This document shows, in pieces, positions 38,281 to 48,181 of a stretch of 60,949 bases of DNA (position 1 is its first letter; every line of letters begins with the position of its first letter). Position numbers and translations under genes: made by a program. The DNA is from a virus. Taxonomy: Duplodnaviria; Caudoviricetes. Location: positions 1-60,949 of IMG/VR virus record IMGVR_UViG_3300042814_000075; one strand, given 5' to 3'. A model generated the notes under the pieces. The model saw only the letters and a list, made by a program, of their open reading frames with translations. It did not search any database and was not told the DNA's origin.

Positions 38281-41213
38281 CAGAACACCCCCCAGCAATC
38301 ATCATCCAAGCCCGTGTCGCTCGTATCGAGCCCTAGATACCCGCCGCACTCGCCCGACACGATCTCGGAATCCACCTCGACGAGATCGAGCCCGGCCGTG
38401 AGATCACCCGTGATGTTGCGATCAATCGAGACCGGCTCCGTGAACCGCGGACCGATCGTCGGCACGAGCGAATCGATGCGGAAGACGTCGCCGAGATCCG
38501 CCGCCAGCCGCTCGGACTTAGCGCGTACGCTGTAAATCCTGCGCGGGTCTTTGTACCGGTCGTAGAGCGCCAAGGCAATCGACTGCATCCAGGGCAGGTT
38601 CGAGGCATCGTAGCCCCGGAATTGCATCGTGGATGGTGCGGGGAAAATCTTGTCGTAGCGCTCGAAGCTATCGTTATCCGTCGGCTCGGGTGAGGCGAAG
38701 CCCTGCGTGAACTTGTCGTTCGATTCCGAGAACGCGTGCTCGACCGTGTACTCGTTGTAGATCGGCAGGTGAGCGATCTGGAGATCCATCAGGTCTGCCG
38801 AGTGACACAGCACCGGCGGCTCCGGCACCACCCGCGGCATGAAGGACGCGACCCCGATGTCGCCGTTCGCCTTCTCGATGAACGAGCACCCGAGATGTAG
38901 CGCCATCGCTTGGACGGCAGCTAGCAGATTCAGCGTTTCGTCGAAAGACATGCGAGCAATGGTCGGGATGAATTCTGCCGAGGGCAAGAGCTGGTCAGCG
39001 GCCGTACCAATGAGCGCATCCAGGGAGCCGTCGATCTCCGAGGGATCGAGCCCGACACCTCTCCAATCAAGGAGCAGCTGCCGCATGGCCTGCACGGCCG
39101 TTGTCCCCGCTGTCGGGCGCCAGACCGTCCGGATCGAGGTCGTGGAATTCTTGGGCGCGTTCCCCGGTCCAGGCCCGAGCGGGCTCTCGCGAATGTCCCC
39201 CGTCACCCGATCTGTGTTGATCGCGATCTGTCCCGACTTCGAGACGAAGGATCCCGGCACGCCGTGCTGCCCTTCGCCGTCGAAACCAGTGATCGAGCCC
39301 GTGATAAAGAATGCCGGGTGCGTCGTGCCGTTCGGCACCGCCTCCGACGTGAAGGTCAGCGTCCAGGTCTGGCACTTGGTCGCCTGATTCCGGGTCGCGG
39401 GCGATTGGTTGAGCAAGGTCAAGTTGCCGAGATACCAGCCCGAAGCCGGAGCGTTCGTGCCCAGCACGTTGATCGATGGCCCAAGCCCCGGTGCACCCGT
39501 GGTCGAAACAATGCGCCCCACCGTGTTGGCGAGCAGCGGGCGATCGAACATGGCCTGGAAGCGGTCGGCGATTCGGAGAATGCCGCGCCCGCGGAGGGAT
39601 TGCACCTCGAGCACCTGCCCGATGAACCGTGTCAGGACTTCTTGCCCCATCCGGAGATCGACCGTGACCCGCTTCCCGAACCAGTTGGGCTCGCCGGTGA
39701 CGGGATCGCGGAGGAAGGAGAAGGGATTCGTTTCGATGAACAGCTCGTCCGTGTCCCGGAATTCGAGATCGGCATCGGAGGCACGGTAGTCGCGGAGGAG
39801 AATGTCCCGCTCTTGCCGGAGCGGGCGCGCCAGCGAGAGGCGGGAGGAGAGATCGAATTCCTGCATCCCGCCGGGATCGAAGATAACGGACGCGCAGAAG
39901 ACATCGGGCCCTGGCTCGGGAGCGGGCTCGGATCCGCCACTCGGGAGGCTGTCGCTGCCGCCAGTCGGTGGGACAAACGGCGGCTCATAGTCCACCTGCA
40001 TCCAGAGTGTGGTGACGCGCTGGATCGAGGCCGCGGCGGTCGTGATGCCCACCACGCCGATGTAGACCGCGTCGAGCGTGTTCGGAGTCCAGTCCAGTGC
40101 GGTGAACGGGCTCACCTGTTGGAGTGAAGCTCCGTAATTCTGCGCGGCCGAAGCGTTGACCGCGGAAGTCGTCAGTTGGAGGAACGCGCCGCATACGGCC
40201 GTGGCCGGACATGCTCCGACGCTCGGGTTGGTGCAGGAGGAGTTGCTCGGAGAGGCCACGATCCGCACCTGGCCGGTAGTCCCCGGGGCGTTGGGCTGGG
40301 CCTGGATCACGCAGAACTGCGCCGCGTTGATCACAGAAGCGTCATCTATCCCGGCCAGCCCGTGGGCCTCCTGGGCGAACGATTGCCATCGGCATGTCCC
40401 GCCGGCGCCCGAGATGGCGATGTCGGTCGTCCCTCCGTCGAACGGGCGGGACACGCACGGGTACGCGGATGGGGCGCTCGGGCACGCGGCCGTTCCCCAC
40501 ACTCCGTCGAGCGAGCCGTCGGCGCTGACGTCCATCGCAACCACGTGCCCCGCTAGCGGGTAGTCAACGGAGGCGACCGCGGTGGCCCCTTCAAGGCAGA
40601 TGTCGTCCACGGCGATGGTATACGTGCCCGGGTTGCCGATCTTGCCGACGCGCAGGCGCAGCACCGGGTTGCCGGCCGGTGACGTGACGTTGGTGAACTC
40701 CTGCGATCGCACCTGGACGCCATCCGCCCGCAGCCGCACGCTGGTATTGCCCGCCCCTGTCGAGTCGTAGATGCCCGTGACCTCGTACCACGTATTGAGA
40801 GCTAGGGGCGTGGTTCCAGCCACCCCGTCGAGCGTGAGCACGCCGGTGGTGCTCATGGTGAAGATGGCCTGCGGCGTCCCGCCGCTGCCCACCAGGTCCA
40901 TGACCCCGAGCCCGTTGGTGCTGGGGTACGCTTTGACCTTGAGCCACACGCGGAAGCTCACGGCCGCAAAGGTGATCGTGGTGCTGGGCTTGCCATTACC
41001 CGTGGCCGGGGTCCCGCGGCTTCCGTCGAACTGCCAGGCGAAGGATAGCGAGCTACCCGTGACACCGTCCTGGGTGATCAGGTATCCGTAATCACCTGAG
41101 CGTCGGTCGGCCGCGGCGGACGAGACGACGCCGCCGGCGCCGGTGGACACGTCCCCGTTCAGGTTGATGTAAGTGCCGGCCTCCGCACCCTCGATGCGCG
41201 TGATGGTATGCAA
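38280..41213 (-). CDS. Large tail/baseplate protein (N-terminal lectin-like domains, C-terminal hub-like region)
   Basis: 977 aa after the Dit-like and tube-like genes; LamG-like LNTWYEV...VDDICL; C-terminal ADLGDVFRI. Confidence 0.7.
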   Translation of the reverse strand: MHTITRIEGAEAGTYINLNGDVSTGAGGVVSSAAADRRSGDYGYLITQDGVTGSSLSFAWQFDGSRGTPATGNGKPSTTITFAAVSFRVWLKVKAYPSTNGLGVMDLVGSGGTPQAIFTMSTTGVLTLDGVAGTTPLALNTWYEVTGIYDSTGAGNTSVRLRADGVQVRSQEFTNVTSPAGNPVLRLRVGKIGNPGTYTIAVDDICLEGATAVASVDYPLAGHVVAMDVSADGSLDGVWGTAACPSAPSAYPCVSRPFDGGTTDIAISGAGGTCRWQSFAQEAHGLAGIDDASVINAAQFCVIQAQPNAPGTTGQVRIVASPSNSSCTNPSVGACPATAVCGAFLQLTTSAVNASAAQNYGASLQQVSPFTALDWTPNTLDAVYIGVVGITTAAASIQRVTTLWMQVDYEPPFVPPTGGSDSLPSGGSEPAPEPGPDVFCASVIFDPGGMQEFDLSSRLSLARPLRQERDILLRDYRASDADLEFRDTDELFIETNPFSFLRDPVTGEPNWFGKRVTVDLRMGQEVLTRFIGQVLEVQSLRGRGILRIADRFQAMFDRPLLANTVGRIVSTTGAPGLGPSINVLGTNAPASGWYLGNLTLLNQSPATRNQATKCQTWTLTFTSEAVPNGTTHPAFFITGSITGFDGEGQHGVPGSFVSKSGQIAINTDRVTGDIRESPLGPGPGNAPKNSTTSIRTVWRPTAGTTAVQAMRQLLLDWRGVGLDPSEIDGSLDALIGTAADQLLPSAEFIPTIARMSFDETLNLLAAVQAMALHLGCSFIEKANGDIGVASFMPRVVPEPPVLCHSADLMDLQIAHLPIYNEYTVEHAFSESNDKFTQGFASPEPTDNDSFERYDKIFPAPSTMQFRGYDASNLPWMQSIALALYDRYKDPRRIYSVRAKSERLAADLGDVFRIDSLVPTIGPRFTEPVSIDRNITGDLTAGLDLVEVDSEIVSGECGGYLGLDTSDTGLDDDCWGVF

Positions 41214-41759
41214 CTAAACCGGATCCATCGTAATCATGCCGAGCGGGTTGGCTGGGTGATTGATCGGGTCGGGCAATGTCGTGAACACAAACCGATGCAC
41301 GGTCTGCTCGTCCTGCGAGAAGGTGTAATTGAAGGACGTATCGAGATAGGCGCGCCAAAAAATGAGATTGATCCAGCGGAGTAACGGGCAGCCTTCCGCG
41401 ACCGGATATTCCTTCTCGAAACGGATCTGATAGATCGGCGCCACGCGGACGGTACGCAGGTTGAGCATGCGCGTGCCGTCCATCTCAGACTCCAACTGCT
41501 CGTTCATGAGCCTGGTCAGATTGTCCTCGGAGAAGCTGTCCCCCGTGAGCTCGAGCCTGTAAGCCCCAGTGATCGCGACCGGGGAGGCCACCTCGTCGGC
41601 CCCCAAGAAGACGCGCCGAGTCTCTCCGTCCCCGATGAAATCCACGAGCGAGAAGTTGCCGGCATCCAGTTCATTGGTGCCGCTCGTGATAAAGAGCCGG
41701 CCCGTTCCGAAGAGCACGGGCGGGAGATCGCAGCCGTCGAGGAATTCAACGATCGCCAT
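41214..41759 (-). CDS. Tail-tube-like protein (paralog of the major tail protein)
   Basis: GTGRLFI..DAGN, NLTRLMNE, IFWRA, HPANPLG match the 45148 ORF. Confidence 0.65.
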   Translation of the reverse strand: MAIVEFLDGCDLPPVLFGTGRLFITSGTNELDAGNFSLVDFIGDGETRRVFLGADEVASPVAITGAYRLELTGDSFSEDNLTRLMNEQLESEMDGTRMLNLRTVRVAPIYQIRFEKEYPVAEGCPLLRWINLIFWRAYLDTSFNYTFSQDEQTVHRFVFTTLPDPINHPANPLGMITMDPV

Positions 41760-42179
41760 CTAGCTCCCCCCGACCGGCGGACACAGGACCTCGCGCGATT
41801 CCTTCCACGTGATAGGCTTATCCCACTGCGCGAAGCGGCGCCCCCGGACCCAGCGCTCCGTCATCGTCGGCTGCTCCGTCCAGAAGACGGTAAAGGCCGT
41901 GGCCGGCTCCTCCAAGATGAACGGGTAGAGCGTGAACGTCTGCCGCAGGAGCCGGATCGATTCGAGCTTCTGTAGCGTCGATTGGTAGAAGACGTTGAAG
42001 AGGAAGTCGAATTCGTACCGCTCCTCGCCGACGTAGATCATGGAGAGATTGCCGGCCTGCGCCATCTGCTCGACCACGATCTGCTCCCGGCGTACTTCGA
42101 GCTCCACCACCTCATCGTCCGTGAGCATGAACCCGCCGCCTGCAAGGTCAGCGTGCGCTATCCGGATTACGTTACTCAT
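41760..42179 (-). CDS. Distal tail (Dit)-like protein
   Basis: Directly after tape measure; size and terminal ITWKE strand. Confidence 0.5.
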   Translation of the reverse strand: MSNVIRIAHADLAGGGFMLTDDEVVELEVRREQIVVEQMAQAGNLSMIYVGEERYEFDFLFNVFYQSTLQKLESIRLLRQTFTLYPFILEEPATAFTVFWTEQPTMTERWVRGRRFAQWDKPITWKESREVLCPPVGGS

Positions 42180-44239
42180 AGGGCCTGCTCGTTCAGGCGC
42201 CGCTGACGCTCACGGAGGCGCGGCAGCACCTTGCGATCGGTGATCTCGGACCAGGTGAGCGGGCCCGGCTCGTGGATCTGGACCACGAGCGAGGAGTTGG
42301 CGCCGGCAGCGGGGGCCGCGGCGAGTGCGGGGCCGGCGAGACCGGCGGACAGACCGCGCGCCTGGGATGCGCGTCCCATGATGGAGCTCTCGCGATCTTG
42401 GAAGCCGATCGCGCCGAATCCGAGCTGCGATTGCACGCTCTTGAGGATCTTCCCGAGCGAGAACCCGCCGCCGAGGAACCCGAGCAGGGCTTGCAGGATG
42501 GTCGCGCGGATTATCGCGCGGCCGAGCTGCTTCAGCAGCTGCGAGAAGAATTCGCTGAGCGCTTGCTTATTGCCCTCGAATACGTCGGCGATCGCATCGC
42601 CGAGCCCGAAAGCCAGCGCGGTCAGTCCCGCGAGAATCCCATTCCCCTTGGCGAGCGTGCTGTTGAGCGCGTCGGCGGCCAGATCAGTACCCAGAATTGC
42701 CGCGCGCAGTTGCTCGGCGAATCCAGCCGCGTCCTCTATGAGCGGCACTTCCTCGGCGAATCCGAGGCTCGTGGCTTGCGGCAGGAAAAACTGTGCCGCG
42801 TCCGTGCGCGCGGCAGTCGGCCCCTCACCCGTGGCTGTTGCTGGACCCTGGACGCGGCCCCCTTCCTGGAGGCCCTGGGCGATCGCGTCCTGCCGGACTT
42901 GGAGCACTTCGGCAAGCGCACGACCCGCCTCCTGGCTCGTCTTGGCGAGTGTCTGTAATCGCGCGATAAGTGCATCTAGCCGCGGGTCCAGCGCGCCCAA
43001 CGCAGAGTCGGCGAACTCCTTCGCGAGCGCGATAACCGGGGCGATCCCCTTGTTGCCAAGGTTCTCGAATTCCTCGACCAGCGATTCAATCGCCGTCTTG
43101 GTGTCTTCGATCTCGTCCGGCGTGGGTTGCAGCTTCTGCGTGCGCGGCTCGAAGAGCTTGTCGAATTCAGTCTCGGCATTGGCTATTGCCTTGGACGTAC
43201 GCGCCAGCTCGGCCTGCGCCTTTTTCAGCGCCACATCATTGCGCGTAAGCCGCGCGAAAAACCCGGCAATGGCCGCCGCACCGAAAAGGAACTTGTTGGC
43301 GAGTATGGCCAATTGCGTGCCCATGCTCGCGGCAAGGAATTTCAGATCGGTTCCGGGCGCCAACGCGTTGACGAATCCGAGGACGAGCGTATCCAATGCA
43401 GGCAGCACAGCTGTCGCGATCGCTTGGCCGAGCCCGATCGTGACCGTCTTCAATTCCTTGAGCCGATCGCCAAACGCGTCGGCCTGCTTTACGAATCCCG
43501 TCGATATCTCTCCGCCGAGCGACCGCGCCCGCTCCTCGAGCGCGCGGATTCCATCTTCGCCTTCCTTGAGAAGTGGAACGAGTGCAGGACCGGATAACCG
43601 CCCGAGAAGCTGGGCCGCTACCGCCGTTTTCTGGGCATTACTGCCTAGGCCGGCGACACCCCTGGCCACGTCCCGGAAGAGCGCATCGACTTCGCGGATG
43701 TTCCCGTTCGCGTCCTTGACCTCGACCCCGAGCTGGCGGAATGCCTGTGCCGCCTGCTTGTTGCCATTAGCAGCAGCAACGGCCGTGCGCGCGAGATTGC
43801 GAAGGCCGATCTGCAAGTCGCCGAAGGACGCTTCCGATTGCTCGGCCGCAAATCCGAGCGTCGATAGCGACTCGACCGCGGCACCCGTCCGGAGCGATAC
43901 TTTGTTCAGCTCGTCGGCAAACGTTATGGCTTGATGCGCAGCAAGTGCTGCGGCGCCGGCAATCGCTGTAAATCCAGCCACGCCGAGGGCTGCCGCAGCA
44001 CTAGTCTCGGCGATCGCCGCAGCAGCATTCTTGGCAACGTCCCCAAGCGTCCGATTTTGCTTGATGAAGTTGGCCAGCCCCTTGGCGCCCTGGTCGAAGC
44101 CACCCTTCTTGACCGCGGCGCCGGCCTTCTGATTTGTCTTGATGAACTTTTCGAGCTCATCAATCGATGCCTTGACGCCCGAGATATATCCAGCGGCGTC
44201 GGCCGATAGCCGAGTCTCTACGGTATTGGTGACGCTCAT
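42176..44239 (-). CDS. Tape measure protein
   Basis: Ala/Gly/Leu-rich helical 687 aa; ADELNKVSLRTG..VESLSTL..AAEQS; follows the chaperone pair. Confidence 0.9.
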   Translation of the reverse strand: MSVTNTVETRLSADAAGYISGVKASIDELEKFIKTNQKAGAAVKKGGFDQGAKGLANFIKQNRTLGDVAKNAAAAIAETSAAAALGVAGFTAIAGAAALAAHQAITFADELNKVSLRTGAAVESLSTLGFAAEQSEASFGDLQIGLRNLARTAVAAANGNKQAAQAFRQLGVEVKDANGNIREVDALFRDVARGVAGLGSNAQKTAVAAQLLGRLSGPALVPLLKEGEDGIRALEERARSLGGEISTGFVKQADAFGDRLKELKTVTIGLGQAIATAVLPALDTLVLGFVNALAPGTDLKFLAASMGTQLAILANKFLFGAAAIAGFFARLTRNDVALKKAQAELARTSKAIANAETEFDKLFEPRTQKLQPTPDEIEDTKTAIESLVEEFENLGNKGIAPVIALAKEFADSALGALDPRLDALIARLQTLAKTSQEAGRALAEVLQVRQDAIAQGLQEGGRVQGPATATGEGPTAARTDAAQFFLPQATSLGFAEEVPLIEDAAGFAEQLRAAILGTDLAADALNSTLAKGNGILAGLTALAFGLGDAIADVFEGNKQALSEFFSQLLKQLGRAIIRATILQALLGFLGGGFSLGKILKSVQSQLGFGAIGFQDRESSIMGRASQARGLSAGLAGPALAAAPAAGANSSLVVQIHEPGPLTWSEITDRKVLPRLRERQRRLNEQAL

Positions 44240-44679
44240 GGGACGGGCGCTCCCTGCGGCCTAAGGCGCGCCGCCATCTCCTCGGGCGTCAACGTCACCC
44301 GCTTGATCGGCCCCAATGCCGCCGTCAGATCCGAGAGCTTGATCCCCTCCTGTCGGCGTGACCTCCCGCCCGTGTCCCCGCGCACGAGCCGCGCACGTTC
44401 TGTACGGAGCTCGGTGAAGAGCTTCCGGCGTACCATCTCCGAATCGCCGTACGGATTGTGGGCGATCGCGAGCTCGGTCAGGTAGCGGTCCACCTGACGC
44501 TGCTGGGAGGCTCGGGCGAAGAGGATCATTTGGCTATAGGTCAATCGTTGGAGGACAGTTTCAAGGTCGAATCCGGCCCCGACGAGCTCCCCGACGAGCT
44601 GTGCCGACCGGTATTCCCATTCGCTTGGCCCGGTTGTTTCGGCGCCAGCGCGGCGGCTTGCTGGCGCAGCCGAAAAAAA
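44236..44679 (-). CDS. Tail assembly chaperone, frameshift (GT) extension
   Basis: -1 frame is open from T TTT TTT (44673-44679) into the 44236..44544 ORF. Confidence 0.7.
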   Translation of the reverse strand, partial: FFSAAPASRRAGAETTGPSEWEYRSAQLVGELVGAGFDLETVLQRLTYSQMILFARASQQRQVDRYLTELAIAHNPYGDSEMVRRKLFTELRTERARLVRGDTGGRSRRQEGIKLSDLTAALGPIKRVTLTPEEMAARLRPQGAPVP

Positions 44680-45017
44680 GCCTTCACCATCGGCTCCTGC
44701 GCTGCGAGCACCGCGGAGGCGAGCTCCATGAAGACACTCCCCGGCAGATCGTTGATTGCCGCGACCTCGAGCCCCGTCGCTTCGGAGATCAAGGCGACAG
44801 CCTGGTCCGCGTAGTCCTCTATCATCGTGACACCCACGTCCGCCTGCTCGTTCTCGCTGGCCCGGGACGCGCGCCCCATGATCGAAAGGATCTCCCGCAT
44901 GTAGAGCCGGAGCTTGCCCGCGGGGAGTTCGCGGACCGTGAACGGTTTGCCTTGAATCGTCACCGGGGGCGGGTTATTCCACACCCGGTCATGGTCAATC
45001 GATGTCGTGGTCGTCAT
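44541..45017 (-). CDS. Tail assembly chaperone (gpG-like)
   Basis: Between tail tube and TMP; VTIQGKPFTVREL motif; slippery site near the 3' end. Confidence 0.8.
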   Translation of the reverse strand: MTTTTSIDHDRVWNNPPPVTIQGKPFTVRELPAGKLRLYMREILSIMGRASRASENEQADVGVTMIEDYADQAVALISEATGLEVAAINDLPGSVFMELASAVLAAQEPMVKAFFRLRQQAAALAPKQPGQANGNTGRHSSSGSSSGPDSTLKLSSND

Positions 45018-45147
45018 GGGTTCTCCTTCAACATGGACCGCTCGGCCGCAAGGCAGCCACCAGACCTAGGAGCTTGAAGGTGCCACCACTAGCCCCTAGT
45101 ACCCCTGACCAGACGGCCACCCGTTGGCCGAGCGGAAGTAGCAGCAC

Positions 45148-45696
45148 TTACGACGCCGGGCAGGTGCCGAAGAGCGTCACCGTGCCGTAGGGCTCGGTCG
45201 GGTGAGCGCTCGAACAGTTGAGCGCCTTGATGACCCCCTGGACCGTGGCCACAGCCTCGCGCTCGAAGTTGAGCGTGGACTCGGAGAGGATCGCTGCCCG
45301 CCAGAAGAGGACTTCGAGCGTGCCCTCCGACTCGCAGGGGAAGAGATGGAGCAAGCGCGCGCCGTAGGACCGGACGCATCGGTTCCCCGTGAGCGGGATC
45401 TTGCACCCGTCGATCGTGTTCACGGGATCCTCGTTCAAGAGGGCGGCCAAGTTCTGCGCCGTGATCGCGTCGGTCGTGAAGTTGATGATGTAATCCCGCC
45501 CGAGCGCAAAGAGCGCGTCGAGCGAGTTATCGATCCCACGCCGATGCTCGAGGATGTTCGGCGTGTATTGAAACGAGCCCGTCTCGATGTTCCCGACCTC
45601 TTGCTCGGTCCCACCGGCCGCCTGGATGAAGAGGCGAAACGTGCCCAGGGTTAAGGCCTGGTCGATCGACTCGGTACAGAGTGCAGGATTCGGCAT
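45148..45696 (-). CDS. Major tail tube protein
   Basis: Position, size, LGTFRLFI..EVGN motif, strong RBS. Confidence 0.8.
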   Translation of the reverse strand: MPNPALCTESIDQALTLGTFRLFIQAAGGTEQEVGNIETGSFQYTPNILEHRRGIDNSLDALFALGRDYIINFTTDAITAQNLAALLNEDPVNTIDGCKIPLTGNRCVRSYGARLLHLFPCESEGTLEVLFWRAAILSESTLNFEREAVATVQGVIKALNCSSAHPTEPYGTVTLFGTCPAS

Positions 45697-45708
45697 GGTT
45701 CGCCCCTC

Positions 45709-46290
45709 CTATGGCGCTTCACAAGGCAGGCAGATTGGAGCGATAAGCCCCCGGCTCACGGTCATCCATGTAAACCGTGTAGCGATCTGCCAGTAGCGGT
45801 GAGAGTCATTGAACTTGAGCGGCTGAACTTCTCCGTCATGCCGCCGGCTAAGAACCCGGAAGTTACCGTTGCATGGGAGCCCGTCGTTTCCCCGGACCCA
45901 TCCGAGGATCCGGCGCACGTGCTCGTAAATGTCGAGCGCCCACAAGTCCCCCGATCCGCCGTCCGTGCCGTCTGCGAGCGTGATCCCTTCACGCGCGAAC
46001 ACGCTCACAACGAAAGACCAGTTCTCGACCCAGGGGTGCGTCGTCGCCGGGAACGCGGGGATCGCTTGAAAGCGTCCGTAAGTGATGACCGCCCGCGAGA
46101 AGTCGGACGGCCACCCCATCTGCTCGCGTCGGATAGCCCGTCCGGGGTGCGCGTTCACGGGCTCGTCGCAGAAGGCGTCCGTGCCGTGGCTCACGTCGGC
46201 CTCGTCATCGAGTAGGCCCGCAAGACAGGGGTCGGTCAGGAGGGCGTCTCGGATCGCCGCTGCCATATCGCGCCCGGTGAAGTAGCTCAC
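45709..46290 (-). CDS. Tail terminator-like protein
   Basis: AIRDALLTDP.LAGL N-terminus; synteny. Confidence 0.65.
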   Translation of the reverse strand: MSYFTGRDMAAAIRDALLTDPCLAGLLDDEADVSHGTDAFCDEPVNAHPGRAIRREQMGWPSDFSRAVITYGRFQAIPAFPATTHPWVENWSFVVSVFAREGITLADGTDGGSGDLWALDIYEHVRRILGWVRGNDGLPCNGNFRVLSRRHDGEVQPLKFNDSHRYWQIATRFTWMTVSRGLIAPICLPCEAP

Positions 46291-46688
46291 GCTCGGCCCC
46301 AGTTCAACTCGGGCTTCTTGATCCCGTTGTCATAGACAAACCGAATCGTCTGTGGCAGGGTCTCGACGGAGGCGGGGAAGAGGAAGCCACCATCCGGCAA
46401 GCGCTCGACAAAGGGCGCGTACTCGACGAAGGAAACCACCGCGACCACGACCCGGCGCTCGGTTGCATCGATCAATTGCGTATTGATCGAGCGGCGGAGG
46501 TTGCCGGTCACGATATGGCCTTTCTCGGTCAGGATCTCCTTCGCGCGCGCCTCAATGATCTGCCCCGCGTTCATCATCGTGCGCGGGAGCCCGCCCGAGA
46601 TGAGCTTCAAGAGCTCGCGATTCCGAGCTTGGAGCCGCTTCAGGTTGTCGGCCGTTTGGTTGAATCCGTTGGACTTGTAGACAGCCAT
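46287..46688 (-). CDS. HK97 gp10-like neck/tail-completion protein
   Basis: VTGNLRRSI...VEYAPFVE...FLFPA. Confidence 0.8.
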   Translation of the reverse strand: MAVYKSNGFNQTADNLKRLQARNRELLKLISGGLPRTMMNAGQIIEARAKEILTEKGHIVTGNLRRSINTQLIDATERRVVVAVVSFVEYAPFVERLPDGGFLFPASVETLPQTIRFVYDNGIKKPELNWGRA

Positions 46689-48176
46689 TTACGAAGGCAC
46701 CCCCAGAGCTGCGAGCACCGCCGCCGCTTCGAGGTAAGCCGTCTCCCGGTTCGCAATGCCGGCGACGGAATCGTCGTCGGTGAAGGAGATCCATCCCCCC
46801 GTTTCCTGCCAATGGGCGAGTGCTTCGGGCACGCCGACGATCGCATTCGCCTGCGTCTCGCAGCGAATGGAGAGGATGTTTCGGGGATCGGTCGCGAATC
46901 CGGCCTTGGCCGCGGCCCAACGGATCGGCTGGTTCGGACCGTCGATGTTGTTATTCCACGCGTTCTCGAAGATCCAGGGCTTGGGGATCGTGTCGCCCGA
47001 GATCGTCCGATGGTCGCCGTTCTTGATCGCGTAGCGGCCCTGGCCGAATGCCGTCGCGATCTCGGAATAGAGCGCCATCAGGGCCGCGCGATGCGTGTTC
47101 CAGCTCCCGCCCTCACCGAAGACGGTCTCCGTCCCTGCATAGTCAAGGGCGGTGAGCTTGGGGCTCCCCTCCTTCACGTTCCCGTGCCCGGACTCGTTCG
47201 TGAGCGTGTCCTCGACGAAAAAGCTCTCCAGATTCAGCCATGACTGATCGAAGAAGACGCCGGCGGCGGGGATGGAGATCCCACCCGGAGCGTCCGCGAG
47301 CGCGACCATCTGGCTCACGATCGCCGCCCGCTCTCCACCGGTAATGAGCCCCCAGGGAATCAGCTCGCGCTGCTGGAGCGGAGAACCAGCGGGGGAAGCA
47401 TTGAAGAGGGCGACCGTATCCGCCACCCGAAAGCGACGATGAGATGTCGCGCCTGCAAACTGGATATTGTCGCGCAGATAGTTGAACCATGTCGCGAGCG
47501 GGGCCACGAGCCCACCGAACGCCGTGCCACTGAAGGGGTAGTCGAGGATCGTGTAATAGCGCCACCACCGGCGACCGGCGGCAACCATCGCATGGAGTGC
47601 CGCCAGTTGGGCCGGGTCGTCATATTGGAGATTGAAGATCGCGCCATCGAAGTAGGGAAGCGACGGCCAGGTCAGGATCTCATCGCCCCCGAAATGCCGC
47701 ATGATGAAGAGCGTTTGCGTCGGCTGCCCTGTCGCCCCCGCGTTCCCCGTACCGCCAGCCCCAGCAGTCGCCGACCCGTAGCCCGCGGCTGCATCCGGGC
47801 AACCGTCTTTGACGAGCCGCAGCTCGTAGTGGATCATGGCCGAGTAGGCAAGCCCCGGGCGCGGGCGCTTGACCGCCACCACGTCATAGCATTCGTTGTT
47901 CTTTTGGTCGAAGAAGCGATCGCCGATCATTACCGTCTTGCCGTTCCGTGTCGGATCGGCGACGGCGCGATAGTCCTGGATTGCTTCCTGTTCGCCGAGC
48001 TCGACGCGCTCACGGCGCTGATGCTGCTCGGGCCAGAGCCGCACGTGGTAGCGCTGGATGATCGTCTGATGCTTGGGATAGGTCCCGCCCATACCATCGT
48101 CGATCCGCAAGCGGCGATCGACGCGGACCACCCGATCGGGCAGTAGCGATTTACTGGTGCGGGTAAACGTAACCAT
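46689..48176 (-). CDS. Head-closure protein fused to a glycoside-hydrolase-like domain
   Basis: N-terminal ~125 aa DDGMGG..GDRF..YDVVAV..HYELRL (SPP1 gp16-like); Gly/Ala linker; C-terminal domain paralogous to 8705..9583. Confidence 0.6.
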   Translation of the reverse strand: MVTFTRTSKSLLPDRVVRVDRRLRIDDGMGGTYPKHQTIIQRYHVRLWPEQHQRRERVELGEQEAIQDYRAVADPTRNGKTVMIGDRFFDQKNNECYDVVAVKRPRPGLAYSAMIHYELRLVKDGCPDAAAGYGSATAGAGGTGNAGATGQPTQTLFIMRHFGGDEILTWPSLPYFDGAIFNLQYDDPAQLAALHAMVAAGRRWWRYYTILDYPFSGTAFGGLVAPLATWFNYLRDNIQFAGATSHRRFRVADTVALFNASPAGSPLQQRELIPWGLITGGERAAIVSQMVALADAPGGISIPAAGVFFDQSWLNLESFFVEDTLTNESGHGNVKEGSPKLTALDYAGTETVFGEGGSWNTHRAALMALYSEIATAFGQGRYAIKNGDHRTISGDTIPKPWIFENAWNNNIDGPNQPIRWAAAKAGFATDPRNILSIRCETQANAIVGVPEALAHWQETGGWISFTDDDSVAGIANRETAYLEAAAVLAALGVPS

Positions 48177-48181
48177 GATGC

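Noticed and set aside
42231-43934. Long plus-strand ORFs antisense to TMP, portal, capsid and the fibre gene
   Set aside because: Shadow ORFs expected from GC-rich codon bias; no motifs or RBS.
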